This document shows positions 26,518-36,111 of a DNA stretch of 64,000 bases, in pieces (position 1 is the first letter of the stretch; every line of letters begins with the position of its first letter). Source of the stretch: Acidobacteriota bacterium (GTDB taxonomy: Bacteria > Acidobacteriota > Blastocatellia > Pyrinomonadales > Pyrinomonadaceae); assembly GCA_029557535.1 (NCBI GenBank), contig JAKQII010000069.1, positions 2,861-66,860 on the forward strand. The letters are read 5' to 3'. Both the position numbers and the translations under genes were made by a program. The notes beneath the pieces were generated by a model, which was given only the letters and a program-made list of their open reading frames with translations, was not told the origin of the DNA and made no database searches.

Positions 26518-27258
26518 ATGTCCGGACATTCCAAATGGCATACAATCAAGCATAAGAAGGGTGCGCTCGATGCCAAGCGCGGCAAGATCTTCACGAAGCT
26601 CATCAAGGAGATCACGGTCGCGGCGCGTACCGGCGGCAGCGGCGACGTCGACTCGAACGCCCGTCTGCGAAAGGCCGTAAATGACGCCAAAGGGCAGAAC
26701 ATGCCGAACGATACGATCGATCGCGCGATCAAACGCGGGACCGGTGAACTCGAAGGCGTCAGCTACGACGAGATCACGTATGAAGGCTACGGGATCGGCG
26801 GCGTCGCGATGCTCGTCGAAACGATGACCGACAACCGCAACCGCACGGTAGCCGAGATCCGGCACCTTTTCTCCAAGAACGGCGGCAATCTTGGCGAGGC
26901 CGGATCGGTCGCTTGGATGTTCGACAAAAAGGGACTGATCATCGTCGACAAGGAGGCGAAATCGGAGGACGAACTGTTTGAACTCGCGATCGAGGCCGGT
27001 GCCGATGATCTTAAGGACGAAGGCGATGTTTTCGAAATCTACACCATTCCCGAGAACTTTCACGCCGTCGACCAGGCGATCCGTGAAGCGGGTATCGAAC
27101 CCCAGGCGTCGGAGTTGTCAATGATCCCGCAAAACTACATCAAACTCGAAGGCGCCGATGCGAAGGCCATGCTCAAACTCTACGACGCGCTCGACGACAA
27201 CGACGACGTCCAAAAGATCTACGCCAACTTCGATATCGACGAAAGCGAGATGGAATGA
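26518..27258 (+). CDS. yebC: YebC/PmpR family DNA-binding transcriptional regulator
   Basis: [32 protein letters not shown] is the family signature. The ATG at 26518 was chosen over the upstream extension, which runs through the repeat spacer. Confidence 0.92.
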   Translation: MSGHSKWHTIKHKKGALDAKRGKIFTKLIKEITVAARTGGSGDVDSNARLRKAVNDAKGQNMPNDTIDRAIKRGTGELEGVSYDEITYEGYGIGGVAMLVETMTDNRNRTVAEIRHLFSKNGGNLGEAGSVAWMFDKKGLIIVDKEAKSEDELFELAIEAGADDLKDEGDVFEIYTIPENFHAVDQAIREAGIEPQASELSMIPQNYIKLEGADAKAMLKLYDALDDNDDVQKIYANFDIDESEME

Positions 27259-27262
27259 TCTC

Positions 27263-27348
27263 ATTTGGGATTCGGGATTTTGGATTGCGGAATTGCTGCT
27301 GCATATTTGGAATCTCAAATCCGAAATCCCAAATCCCGAATCACAAAT
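27263..27348. repeat. inverted pair of GGGATTT-type words filling the yebC-ruvC spacer
   Basis: ATTTGGGATTCGGGATTTTGGATTGCGGAA (27263-27292) is complementary to ATCTCAAATCCGAAATCCCAAATCCCGAATCACAAAT (27312-27348). Confidence 0.85.
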
Positions 27349-27351
27349 GGC

Positions 27352-27849
27352 ATGCGTGTTCTAGGAATCGATCCAGGAAGTGAGACGCTCGGTTGGGGCA
27401 TCGTTGAGGGCGAGAAGTTGAAGTACTCGCTGGTCGATTTCGGAACCGTCAAATCATCGCCCAAGGATGCATTCTCTAAGCGGCTCTTGCGGATCGGAGA
27501 CGGCGTCGCGGAAGTGATCGCGAAGTTCCGTCCCGATGTTCTCTCGGTCGAAGAGGCCTTCTACGCGGCCAATGCCAAGGTTGCGATCAAGCTTGGGCAG
27601 GTTCGCGGCGTCGTGCTCTACACCGGCGAACGCGAGAGACTCGAGATCGCGGAATACAGTCCGCGGCTCGTAAAGCAAACGGTTGTCGGTTACGGCAACG
27701 CGGAAAAACGACAGGTACAGGAAATGGTGCGGCTGCTTCTCAGGCTGAACTCGGCACCGCAACCTCATGACGCCGCCGACGCGCTCGCGTTGGCGATCTG
27801 TCATTTTCATCACTCGGGCGTCGCGGCCAGAATCAGGACCGGACGCTGA
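27352..27849 (+). CDS. ruvC: crossover junction endodeoxyribonuclease RuvC
   Basis: MRVLGIDPGSETLGWGIVE, VEEAFY, GYGNAEKRQVQEMV and PHDAADALALAICH. Confidence 0.92.
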   Translation: MRVLGIDPGSETLGWGIVEGEKLKYSLVDFGTVKSSPKDAFSKRLLRIGDGVAEVIAKFRPDVLSVEEAFYAANAKVAIKLGQVRGVVLYTGERERLEIAEYSPRLVKQTVVGYGNAEKRQVQEMVRLLLRLNSAPQPHDAADALALAICHFHHSGVAARIRTGR

Positions 27850-27899
27850 ATCTCACGACCGGCATTTGTCGGCAAAACCTCGATCAAACGGAGTTCCTC

Positions 27900-28610
27900 A
27901 TGAAACGAACCACTATATTGTTATCTCTTCTTCTCGCCATTTCTTCAATTGCGGACGCGCAGCGCAACGTTCGATCGGTGAAGCCCGTTCGTGCGGTCGT
28001 CATCGATCCGCGGCTCGCGGTCATTCGCGACACCCCGGGATATTTCGGTAAAACGCTTCGACGGCTGCGACGCGGACGGGAAGTTACGATCGTTGGATCG
28101 AAACCGGCCGACGGCGTGACCTTTCTTCGCGTGACGATCACGAGACGGACGAATGGCTGGATCCAACGCGAAGCGGTCGCGACTCGGGCCGCGGATGACG
28201 AAGACCGCCTTTTCCGGATGACGATCGGGTTGGACGGATTCGATCAGCTTGAATCGGCGCGGATTTTTCTCGCCATGTTCCCGAATTCGGCTCATCGGTC
28301 CCGCGTACTCCTGATCTTTGGTGACTTGGCCGAGGCCGCGGCGGCGAAACTTTCGGTGCAGGCGAACAAACGTCTGGGTTCCGCGACAGGCGCACCTTTT
28401 TATGGATACCTGTTGAATTACTCGGGACTCGATCGATACCGCAAGCTCGGCGTGACGTTCGTCGTCAACAACGCGACCCGCCGCCTTCATTATTCGGGCG
28501 ACGCTTGGACGGAGATCGTCAGGCGCTTTCCCGATTCGGAATCCGCGCCGGAAGCCGCGAAGCGTCTAGAAACGCTTGAAATGAGCATGAAGAAAACGAT
28601 CAGTCCGTGA
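27900..28610 (+). CDS. secreted hypothetical protein
   Basis: Signal peptide MKRTTILLSLLLAISSIADAQ. I recognised no family. Its 3' end overlaps convergent psuG by 11 nt. Confidence 0.5.
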   Translation: MKRTTILLSLLLAISSIADAQRNVRSVKPVRAVVIDPRLAVIRDTPGYFGKTLRRLRRGREVTIVGSKPADGVTFLRVTITRRTNGWIQREAVATRAADDEDRLFRMTIGLDGFDQLESARIFLAMFPNSAHRSRVLLIFGDLAEAAAAKLSVQANKRLGSATGAPFYGYLLNYSGLDRYRKLGVTFVVNNATRRLHYSGDAWTEIVRRFPDSESAPEAAKRLETLEMSMKKTISP

Positions 28611-29496
28611 GCTCGTTGGCGACGAGCGAGGCGATGCGGGCATTGTTCACGAGAAGCGCGATATTCGATCTGAGCGTCCTTCCGCCGCTCCGATTCGACA
28701 TTTCCGACAGCAAGAACGGGGTGATCTCTTTGCCGCGGACGCCTGCCTTGTCAGCCAAACTCAGCGCTTCCGCGAGAATCGACTCAAGTTCGGCACGCGG
28801 GACTTCGAATGCCTCCGGAACGGGAACGGTCAGCAGTAACGCGCCGGGAAGCCCGAGTTCGTCACGGGCGCGGATCACTTTGGCGGCGTCTTCCGGCGAA
28901 TCGATCCGCTCGTCGATCGGAAGTCCGCTCGTGCGGCTGTAGAACGCCGGAAGTTCGTCGCACTGCCATCCGAGCACGGTGACGCCGTGGGTTTCGAGCC
29001 ATTCGCGTGTGGCTTCGAGATCGAGGACTATCTTGGCTCCCGAACAGACAACGGTGATAGGGGTTCGCGCGAGTTCGGGCAAGTCCGCCGAAACGTCCGC
29101 GGAATAGCCGCGGTGGACGCCGCCGATCCCGCCGGTCGAAAACACACGAATCCCGGCGCGATGCGCGATGAACGAAGTCGTGGCGACCGTCGTCGCGCAC
29201 GTCAGCTTAAGTCCGGCCGCAATCGCAAGATCTCGTCTTGAGATCTTCCGGATGCCCTTTTCGGTTCCGATCCGTTCGATCTCAGCTTCGCTCAATCCAA
29301 CGCAGAATTCGCCATCAAGCATCGCGACCGTCGCCGGTACGGCGCCGTTTTCACGAACTGTCCGTTCGAGCAGATCTGCCGTCTCGATGTTTTTCGGATA
29401 CGGGAGTCCGTGGGCGATGACAGTCGATTCGAGTGCGACAACCGGTCGGTTCGACCGCAGGGCATCCCGGGCCTCTTCGTTCAATCGGATATCCAT
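28600..29496 (-). CDS. psuG: pseudouridine-5'-phosphate glycosidase
   Basis: RPVVALESTVIAHGLPYPKN, FSTGGIGGVHRG and VVCSGAKIVLD. The ATG at 29496 sits one codon inside the TTG in the ORF track. Confidence 0.9.
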   Translation of the reverse strand: MDIRLNEEARDALRSNRPVVALESTVIAHGLPYPKNIETADLLERTVRENGAVPATVAMLDGEFCVGLSEAEIERIGTEKGIRKISRRDLAIAAGLKLTCATTVATTSFIAHRAGIRVFSTGGIGGVHRGYSADVSADLPELARTPITVVCSGAKIVLDLEATREWLETHGVTVLGWQCDELPAFYSRTSGLPIDERIDSPEDAAKVIRARDELGLPGALLLTVPVPEAFEVPRAELESILAEALSLADKAGVRGKEITPFLLSEMSNRSGGRTLRSNIALLVNNARIASLVANELTD

Positions 29497-29512
29497 CAAC
29501 GATCAGGAGTCC

Positions 29513-30328
29513 TTATCGGATCAGTTTGCCGATCCGCGACAACCGCGGATTCGTGACACATCCGAGCATGCCGTTCTCGCTTGCTTTCCGGTCGCAGGAC
29601 CAGTAGACGAACATCGCGCGCCCGATGACGAGATCGCGATGGACAAAACCCCAGAAACGGCTGTCCTCACTGTTGTTGCGGTTGTCGCCCATTACGAAAT
29701 AGGAATCGTCCGGCACCTTCATAGTCTTCCCCGCGACCCCAAAGTTCATATCGGACGTATCGACCGCATTGCGTTCGGCGGACGCCATTGAACGTGACGA
29801 ATACATCACGGACCATTGCGCGCCCTCGGGCGCGTCGTGCTCGCGGTTGGGAACCTCGGTCGTGTCGCTGACGTCGTCCGCGACCAGTCTTCTCTCAGGC
29901 AGAAGCTCCCCGTTGATGTAAACGTGATTGTCGCGGAACTCGACGGTTTCTCCCGGAAGACCAATGACGCGCTTGACGTAATTGACCTGATACGGCGTGA
30001 TCCCGTGCGCCCGGTCGCTTCTTGGGTCGACCGTATTGCCCGGGTACTTGAAGACGATAATGTCGCCGCGCTTGATTTCCCGCTGAGGCAGTAGCGGCAC
30101 CGGTTTTCCGCCGGGAGCGAAAACGAACTTGTTGACAAGAAGGTAGTCGCCGATGAGGATCGTGTTCTGCATCGAACCTGTCGGTACCGTGACGGCCTGG
30201 ATCACGAACGTCATTCCGAACAACGCCATGATGAAAGTGACGACGAGAGATTCGAAATACTCACGGAAAGTCGATTTGGGCGGAGCGGCCTTCGCCGTTT
30301 TCGCAGTTTCGGTCTTTTCTTCAGCCAT
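29513..30328 (-). CDS. lepB: signal peptidase I
   Basis: TM anchor, GSMQNTILIGDYLLVNKF (catalytic Ser box) and GDNRNNSEDSRFWG (box E). Start ATG at 30328. Confidence 0.9.
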   Translation of the reverse strand: MAEEKTETAKTAKAAPPKSTFREYFESLVVTFIMALFGMTFVIQAVTVPTGSMQNTILIGDYLLVNKFVFAPGGKPVPLLPQREIKRGDIIVFKYPGNTVDPRSDRAHGITPYQVNYVKRVIGLPGETVEFRDNHVYINGELLPERRLVADDVSDTTEVPNREHDAPEGAQWSVMYSSRSMASAERNAVDTSDMNFGVAGKTMKVPDDSYFVMGDNRNNSEDSRFWGFVHRDLVIGRAMFVYWSCDRKASENGMLGCVTNPRLSRIGKLIR

Positions 30329-30360
30329 AAGAATTCGGGAAAACAAAAGGATAAAACAAA

Positions 30361-31095
30361 TCAGCCGGTTTGTCGTTTTTCGGGATTCTCTTTTTGTTCG
30401 AGAATCTCGATCGCATTTCGCGCCGCCGTCATTTCGGCTTGTTTGATAGACGTGCCCTGGGCCTGGGCCGCGCCGCCGTCCCAAACCGCTTCAACGAAAA
30501 ACGTGCGATCATGCGGCGGGCCTTCGGTTTTGACAACCTTATACGCCGGGGCCGCCAATTTGTTCTTTTGCAGGGTTTCCTGTAGCAGCGTCTTGTAATC
30601 GAGCGTGTTTTTCGGGGTCGCGCCGCGAAGTTCGCCGGCATAGATCCGCTTGACCGCAAGTCGGGCGGCGACGAAACCGGCGTCGAAGAAGATCGCCGCA
30701 AGGATCGCCTCGAGCGTGTCCGCGAGCAAAGCCTGTTTCCGGCGCCCGCCCGTCTTTTCCTCACCGCGCCCGACTCTCATATAAGAGCCAAGGTCGAGTC
30801 CGGCGGCGAGCCGCGCAAGCGTCTCAGTACTCACTAGATGGTGTTTCATGAGCGTCAGATCGCCTTCGGTGGCGTCGGGGTTAAGCAGGAAAAGTTGTTC
30901 CGCGACCGCGAGTCCAAGGACCGAATCGCCGACAAATTCGAGAGATTCGTTCTGGAGTTTCCGGACATCTTCCTCCGTGCCGTTCGGGCTGCTCTCATGA
31001 GCCCACGACCGATGCGTCAGCGCACGCTCAAGCAACTCGATCCGTTTGAAACGGTGAGAAAGCGATTGCTCGAGTTTTGCGAGTTTCTTTGACAT
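30361..31095 (-). CDS. rnc: ribonuclease III
   Basis: ERALTHRSW, NESLEFVGDSVLGL signature, and a C-terminal dsRBD. The start at 31095 keeps the gene clear of the upstream terminator. Confidence 0.92.
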   Translation of the reverse strand: MSKKLAKLEQSLSHRFKRIELLERALTHRSWAHESSPNGTEEDVRKLQNESLEFVGDSVLGLAVAEQLFLLNPDATEGDLTLMKHHLVSTETLARLAAGLDLGSYMRVGRGEEKTGGRRKQALLADTLEAILAAIFFDAGFVAARLAVKRIYAGELRGATPKNTLDYKTLLQETLQKNKLAAPAYKVVKTEGPPHDRTFFVEAVWDGGAAQAQGTSIKQAEMTAARNAIEILEQKENPEKRQTG

Positions 31096-31109
31096 CTGAG
31101 GCCGGAAAT

Positions 31110-31145
31110 CAAAAAGCCGGACGCTTTTCTTGTAGCGCATCCGGC
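31110..31145 (-). terminator. rho-independent terminator
   Basis: The minus strand reads GCCGGATGCGCT-ACAAGAAA-AGCGTCCGGC (2-nt bulge) followed by TTTTTG. Confidence 0.7.
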
Positions 31146-31176
31146 CTTTTGAATCAAGATTTAACTTGTTGATGGA

Positions 31177-32358
31177 TTATTTGTTACCACTCCGACGCGG
31201 GGTGGTCTTCTTCACCGTGGTCACCGACGTCTTGGCGGCAGTTGCGGCCGCACCCGTTTTGACGGGCTCGGTGGAAGTGTTCGTGGTCTGTTTGGTATCC
31301 GTCGTCGACGTCGTTCCCTCGAGGACGACCGGCGCCGGAGCGGATGCGGGATCCGGCATCGGATTCGCGATCATGTCCGAAACGTACTTGTCGAGACCTT
31401 CGACCTTACCGTTGAACCGGATCTTGTAGAGCTCGGTCAGGGTGTCGCCGTATTCGGTCGTTTTCGTTGCATCGGTCGCCAGCGTTTTCGCACGTCCGAA
31501 GGCGTCGATCGCGCGATCCGCGTAGGCGCGGGCCAAACCGAGCTTTTCCTTCGCTTCGTCGGTCGCCACTTTGTCTTCGGTGGCATCGACAAGCTTCTTG
31601 TATTCGGCCAGAAGGTCGGTCGCTTTGCCGGTGTACCAGTAGCCGATCTCGGCAAACGCCGCCGAATCGGTCTTCTTGTCGCCGAGTCGCGTGGCCTTGT
31701 AAATAAACGGGATTCCAGTGTCCTTATCCTTCAGTTTGACGACATACGTGTAGCCGACGAAATAGTTGAGCCAGCTGATCGCGTTGTCGCGACTGTTGAA
31801 CGGGGCGAATACTCCGAATTTCTGGGTCGAGGATCCGATACCCGAATCGATCATCTGAAGCGCCGTCTTCGAAAAACTGATCGTCTCGGACGTGTATTTG
31901 TCATTGCCGGCGACGACGAGATCGTAAAGAGCCGAAGTGTGCGTCAGCGTCAGGTCCAGAAGCAGCGGCTTGTTTTCCCTTGTTTTGGGGTCGTTCATGA
32001 TCTCCTTGCTAACCGCGAAATAATCCTCCCACTGTTTGGCTTTGTACGTCGAATTGTACTTCGCCTCGCGCTTGCAGATTCGGACGACTTCCTTTTCCTT
32101 GGCCGCGCGTGCGGCAACTTTTGCAACCAGCTCCTTATTGAGCTCATCGTTCGCGAATTTTACGGCGATGAATTCACCAACTTCGACCGCCTTTCCGCGG
32201 TCGCATTCCGGTTTCTTGAGTTCCGCGCTGAACATCTTCACGCACGCCTCAAGATCCGGACAAATCTCAGTCTGCGTCGTATCCTGCGCGTTCGCCGTCA
32301 AGATTCCGACGCCCGTCACCAATATTGACAACGCAAAAGCCTTCAAAAAAACTTTCAT
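31177..32358 (-). CDS. secreted helical hypothetical protein with a Thr/Pro-rich C-terminal tail
   Basis: Signal peptide ...ILTANAQ and a GGAGG RBS upstream. I recognised no family. Confidence 0.55.
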   Translation of the reverse strand: MKVFLKAFALSILVTGVGILTANAQDTTQTEICPDLEACVKMFSAELKKPECDRGKAVEVGEFIAVKFANDELNKELVAKVAARAAKEKEVVRICKREAKYNSTYKAKQWEDYFAVSKEIMNDPKTRENKPLLLDLTLTHTSALYDLVVAGNDKYTSETISFSKTALQMIDSGIGSSTQKFGVFAPFNSRDNAISWLNYFVGYTYVVKLKDKDTGIPFIYKATRLGDKKTDSAAFAEIGYWYTGKATDLLAEYKKLVDATEDKVATDEAKEKLGLARAYADRAIDAFGRAKTLATDATKTTEYGDTLTELYKIRFNGKVEGLDKYVSDMIANPMPDPASAPAPVVLEGTTSTTDTKQTTNTSTEPVKTGAAATAAKTSVTTVKKTTPRRSGNK

Positions 32359-32593
32359 CTGAACAATCCTCCAAACAAGTTAAATCCCTGCCTAATAATC
32401 TGTCCGGGCGTTGGGTCTCAACTGCCCGACATGCGTGAACATAGATGTCCCGCGCCGTAGAAAAGGTTGCAATCTTTGTGCTGTTTCCGGCATGGCAACC
32501 CGGACCAAAAGGGAAAATCCCCGCCTGTGGCGGAATGCTAAATAATCACGTAACTTTCGCGCCTGTGTCAAGCGTAATTATGCCTTGTTTCAC

Positions 32594-32632
32594 ACGAAAA
32601 CCGCCCTGATTCTTGATGATTTCGGGGCGGTT
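32594..32632 (-). terminator. possible terminator hairpin after the PBP gene
   Basis: AACCGCCC ... GGGCGGTT, an 8-bp stem with an ~18-nt loop and only a short T run. This is weak. Confidence 0.35.
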
Positions 32633-32685
32633 CACGTCTAATCGAATGATGGTCAAGACTTTAGATACATCGAAAGAGCGGCTGA

Positions 32686-34140
32686 TCAATTGCGAGTCAC
32701 GATGCGCGGCCGCGTGATTTCCTGCGATTTGGGCGTGATCACGATCGTCGGGAACAACTCCTGACCGGCCTTCGGCGCGGGTTTCTTCGGATTTGGCGTG
32801 TCTTCGCTTCCTTTCTTGCCCTTGCGGAGCGTTCCGATCTCATCGTCGGAGTCCTCGGTACGCGCGTCGTCGAGTTTCAACGACGTCTTGGCGTCAACTT
32901 TCGGTTTCGGCTTGGGTTCCGTCGTCACCTTCGCCAACGGAGTCGTTCCGACACGTTGCGTCAGGCGCGATCGGAGCGCATTGTAAATTTTTCCGGCGAC
33001 CCCGGCCGCGTATTTGCCTCGTTCAGACTGCCCGCGCGTGATGACGACGACCGCCAGACGAGGATTCCTGACCGGTGCGACCGAAGCAAAGAGACCGAGC
33101 CAAGTTCCCTGACCGATGCACGATCCTGTCTTTCCCGCGATCCCGAGCGACGCATCGACACCGTTCCGAGCCGTTCCGTAAGCGGCGGCTCCAATCATGC
33201 CCGGAAGGACCGTTTGGAGCGTCGAGCCGGGAAGATCGACCAGGCGTTTGTACGATCCGCGGAACGCCGCTTTCTCGTAACCGGCGCGAGGTAATTGCGG
33301 AATGATGATCCGTCCGCCGTTCGAGAGGGCGGAAACCAAGACCGCAAGCTGGAGCGGAGTGACTTGAAAATCGTCGCCGTGTGAATAGATGCGTGCGTTG
33401 CCATTGCCGTACGGGAGCCGGCCGGCCGTCTCCCCGGGAAGATTGATACCGGTCGGTGATCCCAACCCAAGGAACTTCGCGTAGTTGATCATCTTCTCGT
33501 TTCCGACACTCACGCCGACCCGCTGGAAGTAGGCGTTGTTCGAGTAAGCAAGCGCGTCGTCGAGACCGATCGCAATATTGCTGCCCGAAACGCCGCCGTC
33601 GGGCGTGATCACGTTTTCGTTGATTCCCGCGACCGAAGTTACGAGTTTTATCACCGAGCACGGCTTGAAACTTTGCCGGACGCCCCAGTCTTGATTGACG
33701 ATGGTCAGCACTTTCCCTGTCTGCGGCTCAAGAACGACGACCGTTCCCGCCTTCGATCCAAGCGCTTCAACCGCCGCGCGCCGCACTTCAAGATCCTCAC
33801 CGTTGGTCACGTCGACCGAAATATTCTCGACGGTGCTTGTCCGCAATCCCCGTTCGAAGGCGAGTCGTCGGGCCTGCGCTTCGCGGGCGGCCTGCTCGCG
33901 TTTGCGGCGCACCTCGTCGGCGGCCCGGCGCCGGGCCTCTTCGGCTTTCTTCGCGGCCGCGGCCTTTGCCGCGTCGGCGCGCGAGTTCTTGTTCGAGGAG
34001 GTCTTCTTGACGAGCGGTGCCTTTTTCGTCGCGGTTTTGCTCTTGGTTTTGCTCTTTTGGGCGAAAACCGAGACCGGAAGCAGGAGAAGGACAACGGCCG
34101 CGATGATCTTCATGGACAACTTTCGAGGGGGCGACGACAT
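32686..34140 (-). CDS. penicillin-binding transpeptidase-domain protein
   Basis: SxxK (CSVIKLVT), SxN (YSNNAYF) and KTG (GKTGSC) motifs in the canonical order. There is an N-terminal signal/anchor and a Lys/Ala-rich segment. An alternative start lies at 34113. Confidence 0.8.
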   Translation of the reverse strand: MSSPPRKLSMKIIAAVVLLLLPVSVFAQKSKTKSKTATKKAPLVKKTSSNKNSRADAAKAAAAKKAEEARRRAADEVRRKREQAAREAQARRLAFERGLRTSTVENISVDVTNGEDLEVRRAAVEALGSKAGTVVVLEPQTGKVLTIVNQDWGVRQSFKPCSVIKLVTSVAGINENVITPDGGVSGSNIAIGLDDALAYSNNAYFQRVGVSVGNEKMINYAKFLGLGSPTGINLPGETAGRLPYGNGNARIYSHGDDFQVTPLQLAVLVSALSNGGRIIIPQLPRAGYEKAAFRGSYKRLVDLPGSTLQTVLPGMIGAAAYGTARNGVDASLGIAGKTGSCIGQGTWLGLFASVAPVRNPRLAVVVITRGQSERGKYAAGVAGKIYNALRSRLTQRVGTTPLAKVTTEPKPKPKVDAKTSLKLDDARTEDSDDEIGTLRKGKKGSEDTPNPKKPAPKAGQELFPTIVITPKSQEITRPRIVTRN

Positions 34141-34361
34141 CGGTGATACCTCGGATAGGTTAACGGGAAAGCTTAAAAAGGAGAGCGAAAACGTTGATGA
34201 AATCGAGCAACTTTCGGTTGCCGCAATTATTTGCGCGAAAGCCACTTAAACTATAACATTCAAGTCGACCAGCGGCAACATTTAGCAATGCCGGATCAAT
34301 GTCGACGCCGCGTTGTTCTCGCGTCCGCCCGTGTTGCGAGGAACCGATATCCGAATCAACA

Positions 34362-35864
34362 ATGTCAATTCTAGATACATTTCGCGGCCGACTCGTGATC
34401 ATCCTCGCGCTCCTGCTGATCACCACTCTCGGCGTTCAATATTATCTCAATCTGATGACGCAGCAGGAGAACAACCTGCTTCGCGAGCGTCAGGAGCAGG
34501 CGCTCGTCGCCGGGTTCGCCCTCGCGTTCAGCAGCATTACTTCCACGCAGTACCTGGAAGTTCTTGTGCAGCGAGGGGATCAGCCGTTTTACGACGAAAT
34601 GACCAAGGACCGGATAAAGGAGATCCTTGTCATCAACAACCAGTGGCAGATAATTGACAGCCTCAACCCCGAGTACGCCCCGACGATAAACGACCAGAAC
34701 GAGGCCGTTTACCTTGATCTCAGCGATATCAAGAATTTGCCTCCGCTGATGGAGTCGAACCGCCTTGGCGCGGACGCCGCAAAGTTCCCGAACTCGAGGT
34801 CCGATGACAACCTGGCCGACGGCGAGGCGCATGTGCTCCCGATCGACACCTCGTACGACGGACGCTGGTACGCGATGGTCGTGCTGCGGAACGATCGCAA
34901 GGAAACGGCATTCCGCGCAGCCCGTCCGCTGACTTACACGCTCCTGATCCTGCTTTTTTCATCGATCATCACGATGCTGCTTGTATGGAGGTTCACGCGC
35001 CCGATCGCTGATCTTTCGAACGCCGCGCGCGAGGTTGCCGGCGGAAATTTTGGAGTCCGTGTCAATGAGTACGTGCGCCGCGACGAACTGGGCGAACTTG
35101 CGCTCCAGTTCAACGTCATGACTTCTGAGCTCGAGAAGAAACAGGAACTCGAAGCGAAGTTGAAGGAGGCGGAGAAATCGGCGGTCGTCGGACGTCTCGG
35201 ATCGGCGATCGCGCACGAGATCCGCAATCCCCTCAATTACCTGAATCTGACGCTGGATCATCTCCGTGCGAAATTCGCTCCGGCCGAAGCCGGCAAGCGC
35301 GCGGACTTCGAAAAACTGACCGCGCAGCTCAAAGCCGAAGTGGCCCGGATCAATCAACAGATCACTGATTTTCTCGGTTACTCACGACCGCCGAATCCGA
35401 CGATCCGTTCGACCGACATCCGGAAGACGATTGAAGATTCGCTGCATATCATCGAGGTTCAGGCCGACGACCGAAACGTAAAGATCGGTCTCGTCGAGCG
35501 CGAGGACGTTCCACCGGCAGCGGCCGATCCTGATTACCTGCGATCACTGTTCAACAATCTGTTGATCAACGCCGTGCATTCGATGGAACCGGAAGGCGGT
35601 CATCTCGGTGTCACGATCTCGCCGGACGGCGATTTTGTGCGGGTCGAAATTGCCGACACCGGAAAGGGAATCGCGGCCGAGAACATGGAAAAGATCTTCG
35701 AACCGTACTTCTCGACAAAGGAAACCGGAACCGGGCTCGGACTGGCGATCGTGCAGAAAATAGTCGATGTCCACAAAGGAACGATCGAGGTCGAATCGGA
35801 GGTCGGAAAAGGTACGAAATTCATCGTGCGCCTCCCGAAGTCGACTGATACCGAGCAAGCCTGA
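34362..35864 (+). CDS. sensor histidine kinase (TM-periplasmic-TM, HAMP, HisKA, HATPase_c)
   Basis: H-box AIAHEIRNPLN, N-box LFNNLLINAVHSM, G1 DTGKGI, G2 GTGLGLAIV. Confidence 0.88.
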   Translation: MSILDTFRGRLVIILALLLITTLGVQYYLNLMTQQENNLLRERQEQALVAGFALAFSSITSTQYLEVLVQRGDQPFYDEMTKDRIKEILVINNQWQIIDSLNPEYAPTINDQNEAVYLDLSDIKNLPPLMESNRLGADAAKFPNSRSDDNLADGEAHVLPIDTSYDGRWYAMVVLRNDRKETAFRAARPLTYTLLILLFSSIITMLLVWRFTRPIADLSNAAREVAGGNFGVRVNEYVRRDELGELALQFNVMTSELEKKQELEAKLKEAEKSAVVGRLGSAIAHEIRNPLNYLNLTLDHLRAKFAPAEAGKRADFEKLTAQLKAEVARINQQITDFLGYSRPPNPTIRSTDIRKTIEDSLHIIEVQADDRNVKIGLVEREDVPPAAADPDYLRSLFNNLLINAVHSMEPEGGHLGVTISPDGDFVRVEIADTGKGIAAENMEKIFEPYFSTKETGTGLGLAIVQKIVDVHKGTIEVESEVGKGTKFIVRLPKSTDTEQA

Positions 35865-35876
35865 CGGAGCGACATT

Positions 35877-36033
35877 CGATTTGCGATTTTCGATTTGCAA
35901 TTTGCGATTGAGCAGTTTTTCATTCAGGAGCGACCACCGCTTACGGCTTACCGACCACCGACCGATTTGCGATTTTCAATTGCAATTTGCGATTGAGCAG
36001 TTTTGAATTCAGGAGCGACCACCGTTTACGGCT
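35877..36033. repeat. tandem duplication (period 86 nt) of a GCGATTT-word-containing unit
   Basis: Copy 1 (35877-35948) and copy 2 (35963-36033) both read CGATTTGCGATTTTC(G/A)ATT(T)GCAATTTGCGATTGAGCAGTTTT...CAGGAGCGACCACCG(C/T)TTACGGCT. Confidence 0.9.
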
Positions 36034-36045
36034 AACTGCTTACGG

Positions 36046-36080
36046 CTCACTGCTCACTGCTCACTGCTCACTGCTCACCG
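36046..36080. repeat. heptamer microsatellite: (CTCACTG)x4 plus CTCACCG
   Basis: Direct reading. Confidence 0.95.
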
Positions 36081-36111
36081 ACCGCCGCGCGGTAGCGCGC
36101 CGCTGAACATT

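Noticed and set aside
32359-32685. Known housekeeping ncRNA (SRP/4.5S, 6S, tmRNA, RNase P) in the 327-nt gap.
   Set aside because: I could not find the conserved SRP domain IV motif, the tmRNA tag/tRNA-like ends, or RNase P P4 elements by eye. I kept only a low-interest note on a structured leader.
35877-36080. Possible CRISPR array (also considered for 44978-45228 and the word-repeat spacers).
   Set aside because: There is no alternation of a constant 25-40-nt repeat with unique spacers of similar length. The units are directly abutting tandem duplications or degenerate heptamers, and no cas genes are in the window.
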